DNA of 64,000 nucleotides from a bacterium (GTDB lineage Bacteria; Pseudomonadota; Gammaproteobacteria; UBA9339): NCBI GenBank assembly GCA_037142515.1, contig JBAXAM010000003.1, positions 9,484 to 73,483 of the forward strand, read 5' to 3'. Shown piece by piece: positions 59,761 to 64,000 of this stretch (position 1 is its first letter; each line of letters starts with the position of its first letter). The notes under the pieces were generated by a model. It saw only the letters and a program-made list of their open reading frames with translations, ran no database searches and was not told where the DNA came from. The position numbers and the translations under genes were made by a program.

Positions 59761-61092
59761 ATGAAACTTAAACCTGTAGTTGTTTCACTAATTATGCTTG
59801 GACTAGTGGCGCCAGCTTTTGCTGCGCATCATCATAAGATGGGTAAAGCAAAAGACGTCTTAGCTCAACAAGCAATTGTAGACCAGAATTCCCCAGTTAA
59901 TAAAGTTTGCGGCGAAGGCTGGTTCAATCGTATTTCTGTCGGTGGTATGGCGAGTGTTGTAGGTGTTGCCGGTAACCACGATCTTCCAGGTTCATTTAAT
60001 AATATTGGCGGTGGTTCGGATCTTTACGTAAACAATGCCAATTTGTTAGTTGATGCCGATCTAAGTAAATGGTCAAGGGCTTCTTTGAATTTAGCTTATA
60101 TGGGAGCGCCAAGTGCACGTACTATGTTAACCGATGGTGCTGCAGTCGGCTATAAAGCCAGTCATCGTATTTATGCTGATGAGGCATACATTGTTCTTTC
60201 TGATCTTGCTAAGTATCCAGTCTATGCAAAAATTGGTAAGGCGTATGTCCCATTTGGCGAGTACAATGATGTTTATGTCCCATGGCAGATTGAAAGCCCA
60301 GCGCAGATGATGTCTCAGACAAATGGCCCAACCGCTATTGTTGGTGTTGCTTCTGATTTTGGTTTCTATGTTAGTGCATTTGCTCTTAAGGGAGATACTC
60401 AGCCAAAAGGATCGACCACTAACAACGTTAGAAACTTTGGCGCTAAAGTAGGCTATAAGGATAATTTGTCTAATTTTGCATCACCAGATACCAGTATAAA
60501 TCTAAACATGAGCTACATTCGTAACATGTGGGATAGCCAATTTTTTACTCCAAATTCTGAAAGTCCTAGTGGAGTGTTGACTGGTAGTGGCAATATTCCG
60601 GCGCGTGATGCAGTTGGTGCTTTAGCGCTTCACTTAGATATGTCTTATAAAGCTCTTAGTGTTTATGCTGATTGGACCGGTGCTTTGAAGAACATGGCGT
60701 CGACTTATTATTCCTCTGTAGGCAGTGTTACGCCACCGACGTATTCTGATAGCGGCTCCAGATTTTGGGGTGCTAACGTGAATGCGGCTTATGCATTTGA
60801 GACTTTGGAACGTGATTCAAGTCTTGGTGCTGGAGTCCAGTTTTCAGGCAATGGCCAATGGTTTAATGATACTAGTGCTGCTTTTAGTACTGGCGCTAAT
60901 AGTACTGGCCAGTTTAATTATATAATTCCAAAGTGGAGAGCGCTTGGCGAGTACAAGATCAATTTGTTTCAGCATACTGATTTGAGTTTAGTTTATGCGT
61001 ATAGCAAGAGCTATGATTTTGGTACTACGTCGGTTCATACAGACGCTCGTTCTACTAATGTTGGACTTGCTCGTTTAGGGGTAAAGTTCTAG
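59761..61092 (+). CDS. outer-membrane beta-barrel (porin-like) protein, paralog 1
   Basis: Signal peptide MKLKPVVVSLIMLGLVAPAFA/A, Gly/Ser/Tyr-rich alternating segments and a terminal ...GLARLGVKF (C-terminal Phe OMP signature). It shares the block IGKAYVPFGEY with paralogs 2 and 3 (IGQTYAPFGSY). Confidence 0.8.
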   Translation: MKLKPVVVSLIMLGLVAPAFAAHHHKMGKAKDVLAQQAIVDQNSPVNKVCGEGWFNRISVGGMASVVGVAGNHDLPGSFNNIGGGSDLYVNNANLLVDADLSKWSRASLNLAYMGAPSARTMLTDGAAVGYKASHRIYADEAYIVLSDLAKYPVYAKIGKAYVPFGEYNDVYVPWQIESPAQMMSQTNGPTAIVGVASDFGFYVSAFALKGDTQPKGSTTNNVRNFGAKVGYKDNLSNFASPDTSINLNMSYIRNMWDSQFFTPNSESPSGVLTGSGNIPARDAVGALALHLDMSYKALSVYADWTGALKNMASTYYSSVGSVTPPTYSDSGSRFWGANVNAAYAFETLERDSSLGAGVQFSGNGQWFNDTSAAFSTGANSTGQFNYIIPKWRALGEYKINLFQHTDLSLVYAYSKSYDFGTTSVHTDARSTNVGLARLGVKF

Positions 61093-61130
61093 CTTGTTGA
61101 GTTGATAGTTTAGGTAGATATAGATATACC

Positions 61131-61260
61131 GTAAAAAGCCCGCATGCGCGGGCTTTTTATTTATTTTAATTATTTCTTTATTTTATTTTATTATCAAATT
61201 ATACTTCCCCCCGCTTATAACTTCCTACCGGAGAAAAACAGTGAAAAATAAACTTATACT
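61131..61260 (+). repeat. terminator-promoter-5'-end cassette, copy 1 (paralogous to 62685..62810)
   Basis: gtaaaaagcccgc..gcgggctttttat..ttaattatttcttta...atcaaattatact.cccccgc.tataacttc....ggagaaaaacaGTGaaaaataaa is shared between the two copies with only scattered differences. Confidence 0.85.
61133..61158 (+). terminator. Rho-independent terminator after OMP paralog 1
   Basis: aaaaaGCCCGCatgcGCGGGCttttt, a 6-bp GC stem with a 4-nt loop and a T-tract. Confidence 0.85.
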
Positions 61261-62668
61261 TATGTTTTTTGCCACAGCGTTATTTAGCAGCATGTCAATT
61301 TTTGCTGCTAGTAGCGATAAAGAATTAGCTGCACGTGCCAATGCATTAGAAAATCAAATTCGTATTTTAAAAAGCCAAGTTAGCCAAATGCAAGGCAAAG
61401 ACGATAGTTCTCTTCAGACTTATTCATTGCTAGAGATGTATGCTCACGGGCCAGCGGTTGTAACTTCGCCGTCTTTTGGTGTGCGTCGTCCAGATGATGA
61501 GTACTCTGACTTGATGAATAAGCTATCATCAATGAACGAAGATTTGGTTTTGCTAGGATTGCGCAAAAAAATGGATAACTACGCAGATAAAAATGGCATT
61601 CCTGTTCCATCTCGCCCAATTATTGCTCTAAGCGGTGCTGTTAAGGGGCAAATGACTTTTGACAGTAATGATAAGTTTATGTCAACTTCAAAATCAGATA
61701 TTAATTTAAGTACAGCAGAAATGGATTTCATTGCTGAGGCAGGACCATGGGCAACTGCTGCTATGATAGCCAAGTATGAAGATAAAAAAGACACCGCTTC
61801 TGTTGATAGCGTAACAAGATGGAATAACTCTCGCCTGCTTATTGATCGTGGATGGTTAACATTCGGTCAATTAAATAAAGCTCCTGTTTATTTTACGATA
61901 GGGCAAACCTACGCTCCATTTGGTAGTTACAGCAGTGGTATGGTAACGACACCGTCCACGCAGATTTTGGGTAGAGTTAAGGATCGTATGGTTACTTTAG
62001 GTTATAGCCAGTATGGCGCTTATGCTCAAGTTTATGCTTATGCTGGTGAAACCAAGCCAACCAACTCAGAAGCTCTTAGACACAGTGGTTTTAATTTAGG
62101 GTATAAGTATGAGCGTGAAAATCTTATGATGAGTGTTGGTGCCGGTGTTATAGGCAACTTGGCAGAATCTCAGGGTATGCAGAGTAAAATTTTTGCCCCC
62201 ATTAAGAGCAGTGAGCAAATGACCTCTCGTGTTGTTGGTCTCAGTGGACACATAAAAGCCGTCCTCTATGATACATATACCTTGATGGCTGAATATGTAG
62301 GTGCTTCTAAGGCCTTTGATACCACAGACCTCACGTTTAATGGTTACGGTGCTAAACCTCAGGCATTACAGGTTGAGGGTTCTATTAAATTTAAAACACT
62401 CAGAAGGCCAGGCTTTTTATCCGTAGGTTATGGTCTAACAAACCAGGCTTTAGTTCTTCAGGTACCAAAGCAAACATTCTTTGCTGCATATGGTGTATCT
62501 TTGTTAAAATACACTCTTGCCAGCATAGAGTATCGTCATGACGTTGGTTATGGCTTGACTGACACTTCAGGGTCTACTGGGTTTGGTAGAAATATTACTT
62601 ACCCAAAGACGGTGCCTGCTTGTAGACACAATAACAGAGTAACTGCAGAGATAGGTGTTTATTTTTAA
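61241..62668 (+). CDS. outer-membrane beta-barrel (porin-like) protein with N-terminal coiled-coil segment, paralog 2
   Basis: GTG start with GGAG 7 nt upstream. Signal peptide ...SMSIFA/ASS, a coiled-coil stretch ELAARANALENQIRILKSQVSQMQ, then a barrel-like region ending ...VTAEIGVYF. Confidence 0.82.
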   Translation: MKNKLILMFFATALFSSMSIFAASSDKELAARANALENQIRILKSQVSQMQGKDDSSLQTYSLLEMYAHGPAVVTSPSFGVRRPDDEYSDLMNKLSSMNEDLVLLGLRKKMDNYADKNGIPVPSRPIIALSGAVKGQMTFDSNDKFMSTSKSDINLSTAEMDFIAEAGPWATAAMIAKYEDKKDTASVDSVTRWNNSRLLIDRGWLTFGQLNKAPVYFTIGQTYAPFGSYSSGMVTTPSTQILGRVKDRMVTLGYSQYGAYAQVYAYAGETKPTNSEALRHSGFNLGYKYERENLMMSVGAGVIGNLAESQGMQSKIFAPIKSSEQMTSRVVGLSGHIKAVLYDTYTLMAEYVGASKAFDTTDLTFNGYGAKPQALQVEGSIKFKTLRRPGFLSVGYGLTNQALVLQVPKQTFFAAYGVSLLKYTLASIEYRHDVGYGLTDTSGSTGFGRNITYPKTVPACRHNNRVTAEIGVYF

Positions 62669-62684
62669 TTGTATAATCTTTACT

Positions 62685-62810
62685 GTAAAAAGCCCGCACA
62701 TGCGGGCTTTTTATTTTAATTATTTCTTTATTTTTTTCTGATATCAAATTATACTCTCCCCCGCCTATAACTTCACATCGGAGAAAAACAGTGAAAAATA
62801 AATTTACACT
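62685..62810 (+). repeat. terminator-promoter-5'-end cassette, copy 2
   Basis: See copy 1 at 61131..61260. Confidence 0.85.
62687..62712 (+). terminator. Rho-independent terminator after OMP paralog 2
   Basis: aaaaaGCCCGCAcaTGCGGGCttttt. Confidence 0.85.
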
Positions 62811-64000
62811 TATGTTCTTTGTTACGGCATTGTTCGGCAGTATGGCGGTTTTTGCTGCTGATGGTGACGTTGTTGCCAAGAAACAAGTTTCAAAAAAATC
62901 TATTAACAATTTGGCTGCACGGACTAATGCATTAGAAGATCAGATTCGTATCTTGAAAACTCAAATTGGTCAAGCACAAGCCAAAGATAATAAACTTAAA
63001 TCAGATGACAGTCCGCTTCAGACTTATTCATTGTTAGAAATGTATGCTCATGGACCAGCAGTAGTGACATCGCCAGCCTTTGGTGTACGTCGTCCTGATG
63101 ATAATTATTCTAGTTTGATGAGCAGATTGCCATCGATGAACGAAGATTTGGTTTTACTAGGGCTGCGCCAGAAAATGGATAACTATGCAAATGAAAAAGG
63201 TATTCCTATTCCATCTCGTCCAATTATTGCCTTAAGCGGCGGTGTTGAAGGGCAGGTTACGTTTAATAGCAATGATGCTTACTCATCGGTCTCAAAATCA
63301 GATGTTAATCTGAGCATGGCAGAGATAGATGCTATTGCTGAAGCAGGGCCATGGGCAACGGCTGCTATGATTATTAATTACGAAGACAAGAAAGATACCG
63401 CATCGGTTGATAGTACAACCAGATGGAACAACTCGCGTATACGTCTTGACCGTGGTTGGATAACATTTGGTCAGCTAAACAAAGCTCCTGCTTATTTTAC
63501 TATAGGGCAGGTTTATGCTCCATTTGGTAGTTATAGTAGTAATATGGTTACAACGCCTTCGACGCAGATTTTGGGTAGAGTAAAAGATCGTATGGTTGTC
63601 TTGGGTTATAACCAGTTTGGTGTTTATGCTCAGGCTTATGTCTATGCTGGTGAGACTAAACCAACTGGCTCAGAAATTGCTAAGCACAGTGGTTTTAACT
63701 TAGGATATAGATTCGATCACGAGAACTTTGCGATGGATATTGGCGCCGGTGTTTTAGGTAATCTGGCAGAATCTCAGGGTATGCAGCAGAATATTTTTGG
63801 TTTCTACAAGATGCATCCTTTGGCAGGTGTGGAATTTAAAGGTGACGAAAAGATGACTTCTCGTGTCTATGGTCTTAATGGACATGCCAAAGCTACTCTC
63901 TATGACACATTTACTTTGCTAGCTGAGTATGTTGGTGCTTCTAAGTCTTTTGATACAACGGATATTATGTTTAATGGACATGGCGCTAAGCCACAAGCAT
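62791..64000 (+). CDS. outer-membrane porin-like protein, paralog 3 (3' end outside the window)
   Basis: This ORF is absent from the ORF track because it has no stop codon within the window. My translation from GTG 62791 is MKNKFTLMFFVTALFGSMAVFAADGDVVAKK...NLAARTNALEDQIRILKTQIGQAQ...LQTYSLLEMYAHGPAVVTSPAFGVRRPDD...NEDLVLLGLRQKMDNYA, collinear with paralog 2. Confidence 0.85.
   Translation, partial: MKNKFTLMFFVTALFGSMAVFAADGDVVAKKQVSKKSINNLAARTNALEDQIRILKTQIGQAQAKDNKLKSDDSPLQTYSLLEMYAHGPAVVTSPAFGVRRPDDNYSSLMSRLPSMNEDLVLLGLRQKMDNYANEKGIPIPSRPIIALSGGVEGQVTFNSNDAYSSVSKSDVNLSMAEIDAIAEAGPWATAAMIINYEDKKDTASVDSTTRWNNSRIRLDRGWITFGQLNKAPAYFTIGQVYAPFGSYSSNMVTTPSTQILGRVKDRMVVLGYNQFGVYAQAYVYAGETKPTGSEIAKHSGFNLGYRFDHENFAMDIGAGVLGNLAESQGMQQNIFGFYKMHPLAGVEFKGDEKMTSRVYGLNGHAKATLYDTFTLLAEYVGASKSFDTTDIMFNGHGAKPQA

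Noticed and set aside
62595-62909. 104-aa reverse-strand ORF spanning the OMP2-OMP3 intergenic cassette.
   Set aside because: It crosses a Rho-independent terminator and the 5' end of OMP paralog 3. The region is explained by the duplicated terminator-promoter cassette.

Overview
This is a 64-kb window from an AT-rich gammaproteobacterial chromosome. Gene order, a PmrA-type TTAA-N7-TTAA promoter element and eukaryote-like or giant coiled-coil ORFs suggest a Legionellales/Coxiella-like intracellular bacterium; that taxonomic call is inference only. All product calls come from reading the ORF translations against remembered family motifs and from synteny, because no database search was possible. 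(1) 1-2356 holds the tail of a sugar-phosphate/aldolase cluster (deoC fragment, class II aldolase, tpiA). It unexpectedly includes a tandem BMC-domain (microcompartment shell) protein. (2) 2386-33497 is the conserved translation/transcription super-cluster on the + strand: tRNA-Tyr/Gly/Thr, tufB, tRNA-Trp, secE-nusG, rplKAJL, rpoBC, rpsL-rpsG-fusA-tufA, then the contiguous S10, spc and alpha operons through rplQ. The two tuf copies are nucleotide-identical. (3) 33498-64000 is a mosaic of housekeeping genes (ssb, tRNA-Pro, mlaA, smpB, bamE, tadA, xseA, nrdDG, rlmI, der, rph, yicC, 5-FCL, zapA, pepP) and accessory items. The accessory items are an orphan 184-aa ORF plus a 1720-aa Lys/Glu-rich repetitive coiled-coil protein, and an intact RelE/ParE-ParD-like TA pair. 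There is also a degraded toxin next to an intact HTH antitoxin, and a SET-domain-like protein behind a PmrA-type element. An AmmeMemoRadiSam gene set is split by an ATPase pseudogene. A Cys-rich peptide gene with a textbook double-glycine leader and its own promoter overlaps the 3' end of the radical-SAM gene. Finally there are three tandem porin-like outer-membrane paralogs with a duplicated terminator-promoter cassette. I found no rRNA, CRISPR array, transposase or integrase.
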